Position numbers and translations under genes: made by a program. From contig JBBTSE010000002.1 of the NCBI GenBank assembly GCA_038064855.1, positions 8,530 to 72,529 of the forward strand: a DNA stretch of 64,000 nt. Direction: 5' to 3'. Origin of the DNA: Patescibacteria group bacterium. GTDB taxonomy: Bacteria; Patescibacteriota; Minisyncoccia; Ryanbacterales; GWA2-47-10b. The notes beneath the pieces are model-generated. The model was not told the origin of the DNA. It ran no database searches and saw nothing but the letters and a program-made list of their open reading frames with translations. Numbering within the stretch: position 1 is the stretch's first letter; the number at the start of each line of letters is the position of its first letter. Positions 27,872-38,377 of the stretch are shown piece after piece.

Positions 27872-27905
27872 AAAACCACCCTCTCGGGTGGTTTTTGGTT
27901 TTTAT
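27872..27905 (+). terminator. Rho-independent terminator
   Basis: aaaaaccaccctctcgggtggtttttggttttt. Confidence 0.6.
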
Positions 27906-27958
27906 GCGTGGTGCTAGAATGTTTATAGAGAGGTTTTATCAGCTTAAATGTAATTTTT

Positions 27959-28276
27959 ATGACAAATTTTGAAGGTGGGCCGAAAGAAGAGTCCGAGAAG
28001 GTTGATCTCGTAGAAGTAATGGAGCGATTAAAAGATCCCGCAGAGATAAAAGCATTTTACGATGAATATGTTGAAAGTGTTCGAGCCCAGGACCCGGGAG
28101 GAGACGCTGAGGGTCTGGTAAAACAAAATATAGGGTTTGTACTTGATCGTCTCGCAGATCAAGAGGTAGCACAGCGCTGGCGAGACGCTTTGCCCGGCAC
28201 AGAATATGCGGGGTATATGGAAGTTAAGAGGTCGGAAATACCTAAGAACTCAGAAATTAAGGGAAAGAAAAAATAA
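27959..28276 (+). CDS. Hypothetical small acidic protein
   Basis: ORF followed by a strong terminator. No recognised domain. Confidence 0.4.
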   Translation: MTNFEGGPKEESEKVDLVEVMERLKDPAEIKAFYDEYVESVRAQDPGGDAEGLVKQNIGFVLDRLADQEVAQRWRDALPGTEYAGYMEVKRSEIPKNSEIKGKKK

Positions 28277-28336
28277 AGAAGCATCAAGGGTGATAGGTTC
28301 CCCAGGTACTCTTGGCTATAAAACTTAAAAAAACAA

Positions 28337-28367
28337 AAAAGCGCCGCAAGGCGCTTTTTTGTTTTAT
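28337..28367 (+). terminator. Rho-independent terminator
   Basis: aaaaaagcgccgcaaggcgcttttttgtttt. Confidence 0.7.
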
Positions 28368-28505
28368 GTGCGGTCGGCGGGAGTCGCTTTGCCTCCACAG
28401 CAAAGCCACGGATTTTTGCTCGAACCAGTGGCGCAAAAATCCGGTTCGACCCCCTTTCATCCAAAACAAATAAAAATAACCCCGCACTACGTGGGGTTAT
28501 TTTTA
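28368..28505. repeat. 135-bp direct repeat copy 1 (begins with a reverse-complemented tRNA 3'-end-like GTGCGGTCGGCGGGAGTCG; contains three hairpins)
   Basis: About 95% identical to 30055-30190. Hairpins: GCTTTGC...GCAAAGC, GGATTTTTGC...GCAAAAATCC, CCCCGC...GTGGGG + T run. Confidence 0.75.
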
Positions 28506-28517
28506 TATGCAAATTTA

Positions 28518-30011
28518 TTAATCCAAATGAGGTGGGAAAAGGGTCGCGCAATCAGGATTTTTACTTGCTTCCGATAAGTATGTACGAATAGTAGACAATC
28601 CATAAGTCGCATCATTCCACAGTTTTGGATAATCATAATTGACTGCCTGACATATGTCGCGCGCACTTTTATTTGATGTTGTCTGCTCAGGGTATTTCAT
28701 AAAAATGAATGCTACTTTGAAGTCCTTAACAAATTCCTTCCCATTGTCGTGAGAGTTTAAAATACGACTTCCATCTCCCGTATAGTAAATCCTATTACTA
28801 AACTGAGGATTATTATAAGGATTATATTGAGGATCTTTCATGCAGGCTGTTAGTTGTTTTAGCATTGTTTTGAAGTTGTCTAAAGTGATATTTTTGCGGA
28901 CGCCGTAAAATGTATCCCCTTCAGAGCCTTTCCTTTCAAGGTCATAGGCAATAAACATATCTTTAGTTGCAAGTTCTTCTTCAGTCATCAAACCCATCGC
29001 GTAGAGGTCAATATAATTAAATCTAGGGGTGGTGTTCGTTATGCCTTCCATGCCAGTAGTGGTGAATGTACCGTCCTTATTGTCTATGATTCTGCTGAGA
29101 CGAGGTTGAAGGTATGTGCCATTTTTAGCTTGCAATGCCCCTCCAACTATTACGCTCAGCGGGCCAGCCTCAAAATTTGATGACCAATGTCCCGATGGAA
29201 AGTCGTACACATATGAGGCCCACGAATCAAAGCATTGAGGTGCCCCCTGAACACCCCAGCCGACCCCCCAGTAATGCCCGAGTTCATGAACAAATACATA
29301 GCCGGAAAGAGTGGTATCATCCCACATTTTAAATTGTTGTATATATCTTAGGCGTGTAGGGTATCCGCTACAGTTCATATTCTCTACCGTAGAGCACTCG
29401 TTAATCTGCCCAATATTCGAAGGTACATAGCGTCTCATAAAACCATTGCTCCACCCATTGTATTTGTTATTTTGTTTGCCAACATCAAATGTTACCAACA
29501 TATCAAATTCATCAGGATATATTTCATAGAATTTTTGAACCACTGCATTCATAGACATGACACCATTTTCGTATCGACTCGGATCATTTTCTGGAACTTC
29601 TAAGATTAAAACATTTGGTATGGGTTTTGTTAGGGTTTGCGGTGGCGGGAGAAGTTTTTTGACGGTAGGAGGTAGAGGTTGAGCGACAGGAGGCATGACC
29701 ACGACCGGTGTCGGTATTGGTTGTTGAGGCGGCGTCGACTTCTGTGGGAGCTGTCTTTGCTCAGGTTTTTTCTCTAAGATTTTTGTATTCGTTGTTTCCT
29801 GTTGGTCTTCTTTTTTAATCACAGAAGAGTTTTCGGTAGTATCTACTACCTTTTGGTTTTCCAGCTCTTCGGATGTTTTGGTTGGTATGGTTGCGCGCTC
29901 CTTGTCTTCAGAAGTTTCTAATTCATAAAAATAAACTCCGCCTCCAACAGCTATGACACTAACAATTACAAGCAAAAAAACCACTGGTGCGAATCCTGTT
30001 CGATGATTCAT
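28518..30011 (-). CDS. Membrane-anchored secreted zinc metalloprotease (HExxH)
   Basis: N-terminal transmembrane segment FAPVVFLLVIVSVIAVGGGVYFY. Pro-rich linker, then a catalytic domain with VFVHELGHYWGVGWG. Confidence 0.7.
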   Translation of the reverse strand: MNHRTGFAPVVFLLVIVSVIAVGGGVYFYELETSEDKERATIPTKTSEELENQKVVDTTENSSVIKKEDQQETTNTKILEKKPEQRQLPQKSTPPQQPIPTPVVVMPPVAQPLPPTVKKLLPPPQTLTKPIPNVLILEVPENDPSRYENGVMSMNAVVQKFYEIYPDEFDMLVTFDVGKQNNKYNGWSNGFMRRYVPSNIGQINECSTVENMNCSGYPTRLRYIQQFKMWDDTTLSGYVFVHELGHYWGVGWGVQGAPQCFDSWASYVYDFPSGHWSSNFEAGPLSVIVGGALQAKNGTYLQPRLSRIIDNKDGTFTTTGMEGITNTTPRFNYIDLYAMGLMTEEELATKDMFIAYDLERKGSEGDTFYGVRKNITLDNFKTMLKQLTACMKDPQYNPYNNPQFSNRIYYTGDGSRILNSHDNGKEFVKDFKVAFIFMKYPEQTTSNKSARDICQAVNYDYPKLWNDATYGLSTIRTYLSEASKNPDCATLFPPHLD

Positions 30012-30054
30012 ACCCTCATACTATCTTTGTTATTAGAGATGTACAATTAGTTCC

Positions 30055-30190
30055 TTGTGCGGTCGGCGGGAGTCCCTTTGCTTCCACAGCAAAGCCACGG
30101 ATTTTTGCTCGAACCAGTGGCGCAAAAATCCGGTTCGACCCCCTTTCATCCAAAACAAATAAAAATAACCCCGCATAGCGCGGAGTCATT
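30055..30190. repeat. 135-bp direct repeat copy 2
   Basis: Matches 28368-28505. A third, truncated copy (30195-30216) continues into a tRNA 3'-half-like sequence. Confidence 0.75.
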
Positions 30191-30296
30191 TTTACTTGTG
30201 CGGTCGGCGGGAGTCGAACCCGCGTCTGCTGCTTGTCCCGCAAAATACAGAGCGCAGCGACAATATTTTGTGAGGATCCCGTGACAAGGGTGATTC

Positions 30297-30370
30297 TGGT
30301 GCGAGCGGCGAGAATCGAACTCGCGCCCTCTGCTTGGAAGGCAGACGTTCTACCATTAAACTACGCTCGC
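30297..30370 (-). tRNA. tRNA-Gly (anticodon TCC)
   Basis: The reverse complement GCGAGCGTAGTTTAATGGTAGAACGTCTGCCTTCCAAGCAGAGGGCGCGAGTTCGATTCTCGCCGCTCGCACCA forms a canonical cloverleaf. CCA is encoded. Confidence 0.85.
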
Positions 30371-30549
30371 GTTTTTATATGGATTGACGCTCTGTATAAC
30401 GGGATCTTCGCAGAACATAGTCGTTTCACTCCTTGTTCTGCGGGAGAAGGCAGCCATAATAGCCGTTATACGACGACCGCTTTTTAAAAATGCCGCTTTC
30501 ATCCCCTTCCGGAGAAGGGTTTACAGCGGCATCGGTATCGTAGCATACG

Positions 30550-30807
30550 CTAGCGAATTTCAAAAGACGAAAATTCACCGCTATACTCACCCCATGCAGT
30601 TTCACAATGATCAACCGTTGAGAACTCGGGGCCTTTGCCGGTCCAGTCTGCGAGTTTTTGGAGTGCCGCGTGATCACCCTCGGCGACAATGTCTACTGAC
30701 TCGTCAGGATTATTTTTCACGAAGCCGCAAAGGTCAAGCTCGTCAGCTTTTTGTTTTGTGTAAAATCGAAACGACACTCCCTGCACGCGGCCGGTTATCT
30801 TGATCAT
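30550..30807 (-). CDS. acyP: Acylphosphatase
   Basis: MIKITGRVQGVSFRFYTKQKADELDLCGFVKNNPDESVDIVAEGD matches the acylphosphatase signature (V.G.VQGV.FR). AAGGA RBS precedes ATG. Confidence 0.75.
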   Translation of the reverse strand: MIKITGRVQGVSFRFYTKQKADELDLCGFVKNNPDESVDIVAEGDHAALQKLADWTGKGPEFSTVDHCETAWGEYSGEFSSFEIR

Positions 30808-30847
30808 GATGCGTCCTTGTGGTTTCATTGGTTTCATTAAAACAAAA

Positions 30848-30878
30848 ATACCTCGCGGGTGCGAGGTATTTTTGTATA
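30848..30878. terminator. Bidirectional rho-independent terminator (perfect palindrome)
   Basis: aaaaatacctcgcgggtgcgaggtatttttg lies between hup and acyP. Confidence 0.7.
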
Positions 30879-30889
30879 GTGGCAGATTC

Positions 30890-31162
30890 TTACTTAACTG
30901 CGTCTTTGAGGCCTTTGCCTGCGCGAAACTTTGGAACTTGCATTGCAGGTACTTGTACTGCAGCGCCCGTGCGCGGGTTGCGTGCGGTGCGAGCTTGGCG
31001 CTTTTTGGTAAGAAAGGTGCCAAAGCCAGATACCGCTACCTCGTCTCCCTTTGAGAGAGTTTTTGTGATTGAATCGAATACGGTGTCAACTGCTTCTTCA
31101 GCACCTTTTTTGGTACCGCCGATTTTGTTGAAGACTGCTTCGATTAAGTCGCCTTTGTTCAT
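30890..31162 (-). CDS. hup: DNA-binding protein HU
   Basis: MNKGDLIEAV...GFGTF...RTGRNP-like arm (RTARNPRTGAAVQVPA). Confidence 0.9.
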   Translation of the reverse strand: MNKGDLIEAVFNKIGGTKKGAEEAVDTVFDSITKTLSKGDEVAVSGFGTFLTKKRQARTARNPRTGAAVQVPAMQVPKFRAGKGLKDAVK

Positions 31163-31281
31163 GTGAGAAAAAAATTATTTTGAGTTACGACCTTTTTCGT
31201 TTTGCATGAAATGCTACAGACATAGTATCACAAATCCTTTGTTTGCAACACATTTTGCACTTTCATTATGCACAGCCCACT

Positions 31282-32811
31282 TTAGCGGGCGTATTCGATG
31301 GACCTGGACTCGCGGATGACATTTACCTTGATCTCGCCCGGATACTTGAGCTCTTGCTCGATACGGTCGGCGATGTCACGAGCAAGCTTCTTGGCCTCCA
31401 AGTCACCAATCTTCTCGGGGGTGACAAATACGCGGATTTCACGGCCTGCCTGAATGGCATATGACTTTTCGATACCTGGGAAAGATCCCGCGATACGCTC
31501 AAGATCTTCTAAGCGTTTGAGATAGTTTTCTACTGAATCACGCCGTGCTCCAGGGCGTGATGCAGATATTGCATCGGCGGTCTGGACGATGATCGATTCG
31601 AGCGTTTCATACGGGTATTCTTCGTGGTGTGACTGCATCGCCTGGATAACGGCAGTATCAACCCCAAATTTTTGTAGAATGCGGCGACCAATCTCGACAT
31701 GCGTTCCCTGTACTTCGTGATCGACTGCTTTGCCGATGTCATGCAAGAGTGCGCCTTTTTTGGCGATAGCAATATCAGCGCCAAGTTCGGATGCAAGCAT
31801 ACCCGAGATGTGCGTCATCTCAACCGAGTGTTGAAGGACATTTTGCCCGTAGCTGGTGCGAAAGCGCAAGCGACCAAGTAGCTGCATAAGGCGGGGGTCA
31901 AGGTCAAAGATGCCGACCTCGTACGCGGCGGCGTCTGCCGCGTCTTTCATTATTTTTTCAATTTGTGATTTTGCTTTATCGACTGATTCTTCAATGCGCG
32001 CGGGCTGGATACGCCCGTCAGAGATCAAGTCTTCGAGTGCCATCTTGGCTATATGCCGACGCACGGGGTCAAAGCCGGAAATGGTGATCATGCCCGGTGT
32101 ATCATCGACGATGATTTCAACGCCAGCCGCGCGCTCAAGGGTGCGAATATTGCGACCTTCGCGTCCAATAATTTTACCTTTGAGTTCTTCGGATGGGATG
32201 ACGACGCTGGTGGTAGTCACCTCAGACGCGGTCGAGGTAGCGACGCGTTGGATGATAGCCGCTAAAATATCGCGTGCTTTTTTGCCAAGGCGTTCTTCGC
32301 CCTGCAGTTCGAGCTTATGGAGACGACCTAAAAAGTCTGACTCGTATTTTTTCTCAATGGCGCCAAAAAGTTGCTCGCGGGCATCTTCTTGTGAGAGTTG
32401 CGCTACGCGCTCGAGAGCTGCGCGCTGTTCTTCTTCTTTGTTTTTAAGCGTTTCTTGTGCTTGGCGGATTCTCTCCACTTTGTCGCGGAGGCCCGTTTTT
32501 TCGTCTTCGAGTTCTTGCGACTTTTTTTCGAGTGTTTCTTCTTTGCGTGTGTTACGGTCTTCCCATTTGTGAATTTCAGCTTCGCGTTCTTTGATTTCCT
32601 TTTGAGCTCCTTCGAGGACGCTTGTTGCTTTTGTTTGTGCCTCGAGGATTAATTGTTGGCCTCCAGTCTTAGCTTCGAGAAGTTTTTTCTGAATCTCGAG
32701 CTCGATCGAGTTTTTTTGTTGTTGAGCAATAAATTTGCGCAAGACATACCCGATGCCAACGCCCGCCAGAAGCACCAAAGCCACAACGCCGAGTTGTGAG
32801 GTGAGGTACAT
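31282..32811 (-). CDS. rny: Ribonuclease Y
   Basis: N-terminal transmembrane segment, coiled coil, KH domain (IGREGRNIRTLERAAGV) and HD domain (LLHDIGKAVDHE). Confidence 0.9.
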   Translation of the reverse strand: MYLTSQLGVVALVLLAGVGIGYVLRKFIAQQQKNSIELEIQKKLLEAKTGGQQLILEAQTKATSVLEGAQKEIKEREAEIHKWEDRNTRKEETLEKKSQELEDEKTGLRDKVERIRQAQETLKNKEEEQRAALERVAQLSQEDAREQLFGAIEKKYESDFLGRLHKLELQGEERLGKKARDILAAIIQRVATSTASEVTTTSVVIPSEELKGKIIGREGRNIRTLERAAGVEIIVDDTPGMITISGFDPVRRHIAKMALEDLISDGRIQPARIEESVDKAKSQIEKIMKDAADAAAYEVGIFDLDPRLMQLLGRLRFRTSYGQNVLQHSVEMTHISGMLASELGADIAIAKKGALLHDIGKAVDHEVQGTHVEIGRRILQKFGVDTAVIQAMQSHHEEYPYETLESIIVQTADAISASRPGARRDSVENYLKRLEDLERIAGSFPGIEKSYAIQAGREIRVFVTPEKIGDLEAKKLARDIADRIEQELKYPGEIKVNVIRESRSIEYAR

Positions 32812-32910
32812 AGAGGTGAATTAATACTTGGTTCATAAATAACGACAATAGTTAAGGTAGCTTTACTATATGATTTTTCAGCGCTTTCGTCAATGTGATA
32901 CACTGGAGAC

Positions 32911-34488
32911 ATGAACTTCAAACCGATAGTGCTCGCGGTGCTCGATGGCTTTGGTATCAACACATTGCCGGGCGAGTCGCCTTTGCAGATGGCAAAAAAA
33001 CCTACCTTCGATGACATTCATCAGTTCTATCCGTTTACTACCTTGCAGGCATCGGGTCTTGCGGTGGGTTTACCGTGGGGCGAGGAAGGAAACTCTGAAG
33101 TAGGCCACCTGACCATCGGTTCAGGGCGCGTACTCTATCATCATTTGCCACGCATCATTGTCTCAATTCAAGATGGTACTTTTTTTGAAAATCCCGCGTT
33201 TGTTGACGCGCTTGCACACGCACGATCAAACAAGGGCACGCTGCATATCGTGGGACTTTGCTCGTCTGGATCCGTGCACGCGTATGTCGATCATCTTTAT
33301 GCGCTGCTCAATTTTGCGCGTCGTGAAAATGCTGAGCGGGTCGCGGTACATATTTTTGGTGATGGGCGAGATGCGGCAGTGCGCGAACTCAAAACTTTTT
33401 TACCGCAGCTCGAAGAGCGTATGCGTACCGAGTGCCCCAATGCGTTTATCGCCTCGATCATCGGGCGACATTTTACGATGGATAGAGAAGAGCAATGGGC
33501 GTTAACCCAACAAGCATATGATTGTCTCATTGGCAAAAAGGGCGCGGCCTTTGAATTTCCAAAAAAATATATTGATGATCAGTATACTGCCGGTATCACT
33601 GATGAATTTTTTACGCCCGCATGGCGTGTCAACGAAAAGGGGGAGCCACAGGGACGCATTCGCGAGGGTGATGCGGTGATCTTTATGAATTTTCGTGAAG
33701 ATAGTGAGCGGCAGATGGCGCACTCGTTTGTCGATCATGATTTTACCAAGTTTGATCGCGCGTTTATCCAAAATTTGTTTTTTGTAACGATGACCGAATA
33801 TGAAAAGGGCTTGCCCGCACATGTGGCATTTCCCCCGCTCAATCTTGAGTGGCCGCTCTCACGCGTGATCTCGTATGCGGGGCGCAAACAATTTCATATC
33901 GCCGAGACCGAAAAGTACGCGCATGTGACCTATTTTTTTAACGGTGGCAAAGAGCAGCCGTTTCCGGCCGAAGATCGTAAGCTCATGCCATCTGCACGCG
34001 TGCCATTTGATCAAAAACCGGAAATGTCCGCACGCGAGATTACTGACTCGGTACTCGAGATTATGCCTCAGTATGATTTTATACTGATCAATTTTGCCAA
34101 TGCTGATATGGTGGGGCACACAGGTAATTTTGACGCAACCGTAAAAGCAATCGAGACGCTCGATGAATGCTTGGGTAAGCTCAAGAAAAAGCTTGATGAG
34201 ATGGGCGGCGCGCTTGTCATCACCGCTGATCATGGCAATGCCGAGGAAAAACGCTACCGGCTAACCGGTGAGCCACGCACGAAGCACTCGGCAAACCCCG
34301 TGCCGTTCTATCTCGTAGCAGGTCAATTTCGTAGAAAAGAAGCTCGATCACAGCAAGAAATCGATGCGCGTCTCAATCAGATCGAGGGTGTACTCTCGGA
34401 TGTAGCACCCACCGTACTCGACCTCATGGGTCTTTCCGTACCCGCTGAGATGACGGGGATTAATCTACTCCCGCGTTTGCTCGTATAA
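32911..34488 (+). CDS. gpmI: 2,3-bisphosphoglycerate-independent phosphoglycerate mutase
   Basis: VLAVLDGFG...NSEVGHLTIGSGRV and C-terminal ADHGNAE metalloenzyme motifs. Confidence 0.9.
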   Translation: MNFKPIVLAVLDGFGINTLPGESPLQMAKKPTFDDIHQFYPFTTLQASGLAVGLPWGEEGNSEVGHLTIGSGRVLYHHLPRIIVSIQDGTFFENPAFVDALAHARSNKGTLHIVGLCSSGSVHAYVDHLYALLNFARRENAERVAVHIFGDGRDAAVRELKTFLPQLEERMRTECPNAFIASIIGRHFTMDREEQWALTQQAYDCLIGKKGAAFEFPKKYIDDQYTAGITDEFFTPAWRVNEKGEPQGRIREGDAVIFMNFREDSERQMAHSFVDHDFTKFDRAFIQNLFFVTMTEYEKGLPAHVAFPPLNLEWPLSRVISYAGRKQFHIAETEKYAHVTYFFNGGKEQPFPAEDRKLMPSARVPFDQKPEMSAREITDSVLEIMPQYDFILINFANADMVGHTGNFDATVKAIETLDECLGKLKKKLDEMGGALVITADHGNAEEKRYRLTGEPRTKHSANPVPFYLVAGQFRRKEARSQQEIDARLNQIEGVLSDVAPTVLDLMGLSVPAEMTGINLLPRLLV

Positions 34489-34738
34489 CCTTTCCTTGCT
34501 ACTCTCAGTGGAGTCTTCCTTTTTTACTCCAGCGAGTAAGCAGTGTGCTTGCTGGGGGCCGTAGGTCGCTCGGTTTGTTCCGCCTCTCACCGTTTGAGTT
34601 GCTACCCCGACCCGAGCAATGAGGTGTCTGAGGAGTTCGGACGCGCTACTGGGGAGTCAGCCAGTCTCTCATCAGTAAACGACCAACTGGCGTTTTTACC
34701 CACTCTCGATATCATCGAGAGTGTTTTTATTTTATAAA

Positions 34739-34770
34739 CAAAAAAGCCCCTGCGGGGGCTTTTTTGTTTT
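34739..34770. terminator. Rho-independent terminator (serves clpP on minus strand; bidirectional)
   Basis: aaaaaagcccctgcgggggcttttttgtttt. Confidence 0.7.
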
Positions 34771-34774
34771 GAGT

Positions 34775-35359
34775 TTATTTTGTTTTAGATTTGATGACCT
34801 CGTCGATGATGCCATATTTTTTAGCTTCTTCTGGATCCATATAGAAGTCGCGATCAGCATCTTTTTCAATTCTATCGAGCGATTGCCCCGTGTGCTTTGC
34901 CAAAATTTTATTGAGGCGATCTTTGACTTTGAGGATGTGGCGCGCGTTGATCTCAATGTCAGATGCTTGACCCTCTGCGGCACCCAATACTTGGTGGATC
35001 ATGATATCAGCGTTGGGGAGTGAATAGCGTTTGCCCTTTTGACCAGCACCGAGCAAGATAGCACCACCCGAGGCTGCCATGCCTACGCAGATGGTAGCGA
35101 CATCAGGCTTGATGTGCTGCATAGTGTCATAGATAGCGAGTGTTGAGGTTACTGATCCGCCCGGCGAGTTGATATAAAATGAAATGTCTTCTTTGGGGCT
35201 TTGGAGCTCCAAGAACAAAAGTTGAGCGATAATCGCGTTTGCTACCTGATCATTGATCTGGCTACCCAAGAAAATAATGCGGTCTTTGAGAAGACGCGAG
35301 TAAATATCATAGGCGCGTTCGCCGTAGCTTGATTTTTCGATAACAGTTGGGATAAGCAT
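34775..35359 (-). CDS. clpP: ATP-dependent Clp protease proteolytic subunit
   Basis: [20 protein letters not shown]...[14 protein letters not shown]...MIHQ catalytic-triad context. Confidence 0.9.
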   Translation of the reverse strand: MLIPTVIEKSSYGERAYDIYSRLLKDRIIFLGSQINDQVANAIIAQLLFLELQSPKEDISFYINSPGGSVTSTLAIYDTMQHIKPDVATICVGMAASGGAILLGAGQKGKRYSLPNADIMIHQVLGAAEGQASDIEINARHILKVKDRLNKILAKHTGQSLDRIEKDADRDFYMDPEEAKKYGIIDEVIKSKTK

Positions 35360-35360
35360 A

Positions 35361-36374
35361 TTATTGGATCTCTAAGAGTTCTATTACTTTTTCGTTTCGT
35401 AAGACGCCTTTAGCGTACTCCTCTACGCGACCTCGGTCAATCTGTGCTCGGTCTTTTTCTTCGTAGGGGCGGAGCATGACTTCTACGCGTTTGGTGACTT
35501 CGTCGGTGGTTGCTTCGGTCGATTCCTTGTGCGCAATTTCGCGAAGGGTGAGCGATACGCATACACGGCGCGCCGCATCTTCTTTAAATCCTGCGCGGAT
35601 TTCAGTCTCAGGTTTTTTTAGATGCGCCAAGTATTCGCTCCAGACAAGACCCATCTCCTCAATGCTGTGACGCAACTCGTCCACCATCTTGGTCTGCTCG
35701 GCGTCGATCATGATCTCTGGGATTTCAACCGTAGCAGCTTTGGCGATTTCTTCGATAAGGCGCATGCGATGCGCGTCGCGTGCTTTACTATTTTTTTCTT
35801 CTAAAATGCCTTGCTTGATATTATCTTGTAACGCTGCAAGTGTTGAAAAGCTCCCGAGTGTTTGTGCATAGGCGTCATCAATTGGTGGGGGAGTCGTGCC
35901 TTCAGGCGTGCGCACGCGCTGGATGTAGGTAAGTGTATCGGTTATTTCTTTTTCAGTTACCTCGAGTGTCGGTGTCTCTTTTTTGCTATTTACTTCGTGT
36001 GCGATACCTCTCCAGTCGGGCAGGGTAATATCAGGCATGACTGCTACGCGCGCCGTCCATTCAAGGGGGTTGCCGCGCGCAATTTTAGTTATGTGAAATT
36101 CGGCAGGACCAATAGCTTCAATTTTTTGCTCCGCCAAAACTTTCGGCCATTCATGTTGCAGGGCGGCTTCTGCCGATTCTTGCAAGATTTTATCTTCGCC
36201 AACTTTGTCGACTACCATTTTTTCGGGCGCTTTACCTTTTCGAAAGCCATCGAGCTCCGCATCGGCTACAACGCGCGTGGTTGTCTTCAATATATATGAG
36301 TCAAAGACATGCGTGTCGATAGCGCCCTTGATCTCAACACGCGAGTTCTCAATTTTTATGATCTCTACACTCAT
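35361..36374 (-). CDS. tig: Trigger factor (short form)
   Basis: N-terminal ribosome-binding domain with GFRKGKAP. Located immediately upstream of clpP. Confidence 0.8.
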   Translation of the reverse strand: MSVEIIKIENSRVEIKGAIDTHVFDSYILKTTTRVVADAELDGFRKGKAPEKMVVDKVGEDKILQESAEAALQHEWPKVLAEQKIEAIGPAEFHITKIARGNPLEWTARVAVMPDITLPDWRGIAHEVNSKKETPTLEVTEKEITDTLTYIQRVRTPEGTTPPPIDDAYAQTLGSFSTLAALQDNIKQGILEEKNSKARDAHRMRLIEEIAKAATVEIPEIMIDAEQTKMVDELRHSIEEMGLVWSEYLAHLKKPETEIRAGFKEDAARRVCVSLTLREIAHKESTEATTDEVTKRVEVMLRPYEEKDRAQIDRGRVEEYAKGVLRNEKVIELLEIQ

Positions 36375-38348
36375 TTAGTTCAAAAACGGGATGATAAGAA
36401 GTGCTACGATATTGACGACTTTGATCATAGGGTTGATGGCGGGGCCGGCCGTGTCTTTGTATGGGTCGCCAACGGTATCGCCGGTGATGGCTGCTTGATG
36501 GGCAAATGATTTTTTGCCTCCATGGTGGCCGTCCTCAATATATTTTTTCGCGTTGTCCCACGCAGCTCCCCCCGCGGTCATCGAGAGACCGACAAAAAGT
36601 CCTGTGGTGATAACGCCGATGAGAAGGCCGCCCAATGCTTCGGCGCCAAGTGCGAACCCGACGATAAGGGTGACGAGGATTGGTAAGAGAGCTGGTACTA
36701 TCATCTCGCGGAGTGCCGCTTGGGTTACGATATCTACCGTGCGCGCATAGTCAGGTTTTGCGGTACCTTCCGCAATACCCTTGGTGGTGGTCCACTGTCT
36801 GCGTACTTCGTGTACGACAGCGCCCGCCGTGTTACCTACTGCACGCATAGCGATTGAAGCAAAGATGTATGGGAGTGCGCCGCCGATAAAGAGACCGGCG
36901 AGTACCACGGGATCTGCCATATTGAGAAATACTGTTTTTCCGAGATGGGCTGCTTCATCGAGATACGCCGAGAACAAAACGATAGCGGCAAGACCTGCTG
37001 ACGCGATAGCATATCCTTTGGTGACTGCTTTGGTGGTGTTGCCCACCGCGTCGAGAGGGTTGGTGTTCGCGCGCACTGACGCCGGAAGATTCGCCATCTC
37101 GGCGATGCCACCCGCGTTGTCAGTGATAGGACCGAACGCGTCGATGGTGATGATGATGCCAGCGAGTGAGACCATGCTAAACGCCGCGATCGCTATACCA
37201 TAGAGATCTGCAAGCGCGTAGGCGCCGAGCATGCCAGTGACAATAATAAGAATCGGCACAAAAGTTGCCTCAAGTCCCACCGAAAGTCCGATGATGACAT
37301 TGGTGCCGTGTCCCGACTCAGACGCTTTTGCGATTGATTTAACAGGGCGGAATTTTTTTGATGTGTAATATTCAGTAATGAGGACCATTGCGAGCGCTAC
37401 AGCGATACCAATGGCTGCTGACAAAAACATCGCCATAGCGTCGCGCACAAAAAACATGCGCGTGACGGGGATGAAGAATACCGCGGCAAGGATAGAGGTC
37501 GCGACAAGCGACCTGTAGAGTCCTTGCATGATGGTTGCTTCACCTTTTATCTTGGCAAAGAAAAAGCCAATGATCGATGCGATGAGTGCCGCGCCACCCA
37601 ATACAAGCGGGTAGAGCTGTAAAGTTTCTTGGCCTGACGCAAGAAGCAATACGGCGACAAGCGTGACAGCATAGGTCTCAAAAAGATCAGCTGCCATACC
37701 CGCACAATCACCTACATTGTCGCCAACATTGTCAGCGATGACTGCGGGATTTCGTGGATCATCTTCGGGGATGCCGAGCTCGATTTTGCCTACGAGATCT
37801 GCGCCCACATCAGCACCCTTGGTATAAATACCGCCGCCGAGGCGCGCAAATACCGAGATGAGTGATCCACCAAACCCAAGGCCGATCAGCGCGTCTACTA
37901 GATGCGCGGTGCCTGCGTATGCGGCATAAAAGAGTGTAACCGCCAAAAGAGCGAGGCCTGCTACCAAAAATCCAGTAACCGCACCTCCTTTGAATGCGAC
38001 ATCGAATGCTTGTTTGATGCCTGTTCGCGCGGCCTCAGCAGTGCGGACATTTGCCATGACCGCTGTTTGCATGCCGATAAAGCCGGCAAATGCGGAGAAG
38101 ACCGCGCCTATCAAAAATCCGAGAGCTAAATGCATCGAATAAGCGACAGCGAGTACTACAAAGAGTACGGCAGCTACGATACCTACGGTACGGTATTGGC
38201 GCTTGAGGAATGCGTATGAACCTTCGCGGATTGCGGTTGCGATTTCTTGCATGCGCTCGTTGCCTTCGGGGAGTTTGATGATCGCGAGGCGAAGCCAAAA
38301 GGCGAACGCGATAGAGATGAGACTGGTGATAATTGCGAATGTAATCAT
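36375..38348 (-). CDS. hppA: Membrane-bound proton-translocating pyrophosphatase
   Basis: [22 protein letters not shown] and [21 protein letters not shown] signatures. Polytopic membrane protein. Confidence 0.9.
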   Translation of the reverse strand: MITFAIITSLISIAFAFWLRLAIIKLPEGNERMQEIATAIREGSYAFLKRQYRTVGIVAAVLFVVLAVAYSMHLALGFLIGAVFSAFAGFIGMQTAVMANVRTAEAARTGIKQAFDVAFKGGAVTGFLVAGLALLAVTLFYAAYAGTAHLVDALIGLGFGGSLISVFARLGGGIYTKGADVGADLVGKIELGIPEDDPRNPAVIADNVGDNVGDCAGMAADLFETYAVTLVAVLLLASGQETLQLYPLVLGGAALIASIIGFFFAKIKGEATIMQGLYRSLVATSILAAVFFIPVTRMFFVRDAMAMFLSAAIGIAVALAMVLITEYYTSKKFRPVKSIAKASESGHGTNVIIGLSVGLEATFVPILIIVTGMLGAYALADLYGIAIAAFSMVSLAGIIITIDAFGPITDNAGGIAEMANLPASVRANTNPLDAVGNTTKAVTKGYAIASAGLAAIVLFSAYLDEAAHLGKTVFLNMADPVVLAGLFIGGALPYIFASIAMRAVGNTAGAVVHEVRRQWTTTKGIAEGTAKPDYARTVDIVTQAALREMIVPALLPILVTLIVGFALGAEALGGLLIGVITTGLFVGLSMTAGGAAWDNAKKYIEDGHHGGKKSFAHQAAITGDTVGDPYKDTAGPAINPMIKVVNIVALLIIPFLN

Positions 38349-38377
38349 AGGAGTGTGATCAGTAGGCTAATAATCTT

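Noticed and set aside
28368-28505. Full tRNA gene within the 135-bp repeat
   Set aside because: Only a T-arm/acceptor 3'-half-like segment is present. No complementary 5' acceptor strand or anticodon arm could be folded in either orientation.
30233-30487. ORFs 30233-30487 (+) and 30016-30243 (-)
   Set aside because: They overlap the tRNA-Gly gene and the structured direct repeat. No RBS is present, and the sequence is better explained as RNA or repeat.
34543-34737. 64-aa ORF in the gpmI-clpP intergenic region
   Set aside because: There is no RBS. The region has RNA-like stems and terminators, so it is treated as a candidate ncRNA instead.
36514-37203. Plus-strand ORFs inside the hppA region
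   Set aside because: They are antisense to a well-supported membrane pyrophosphatase gene.
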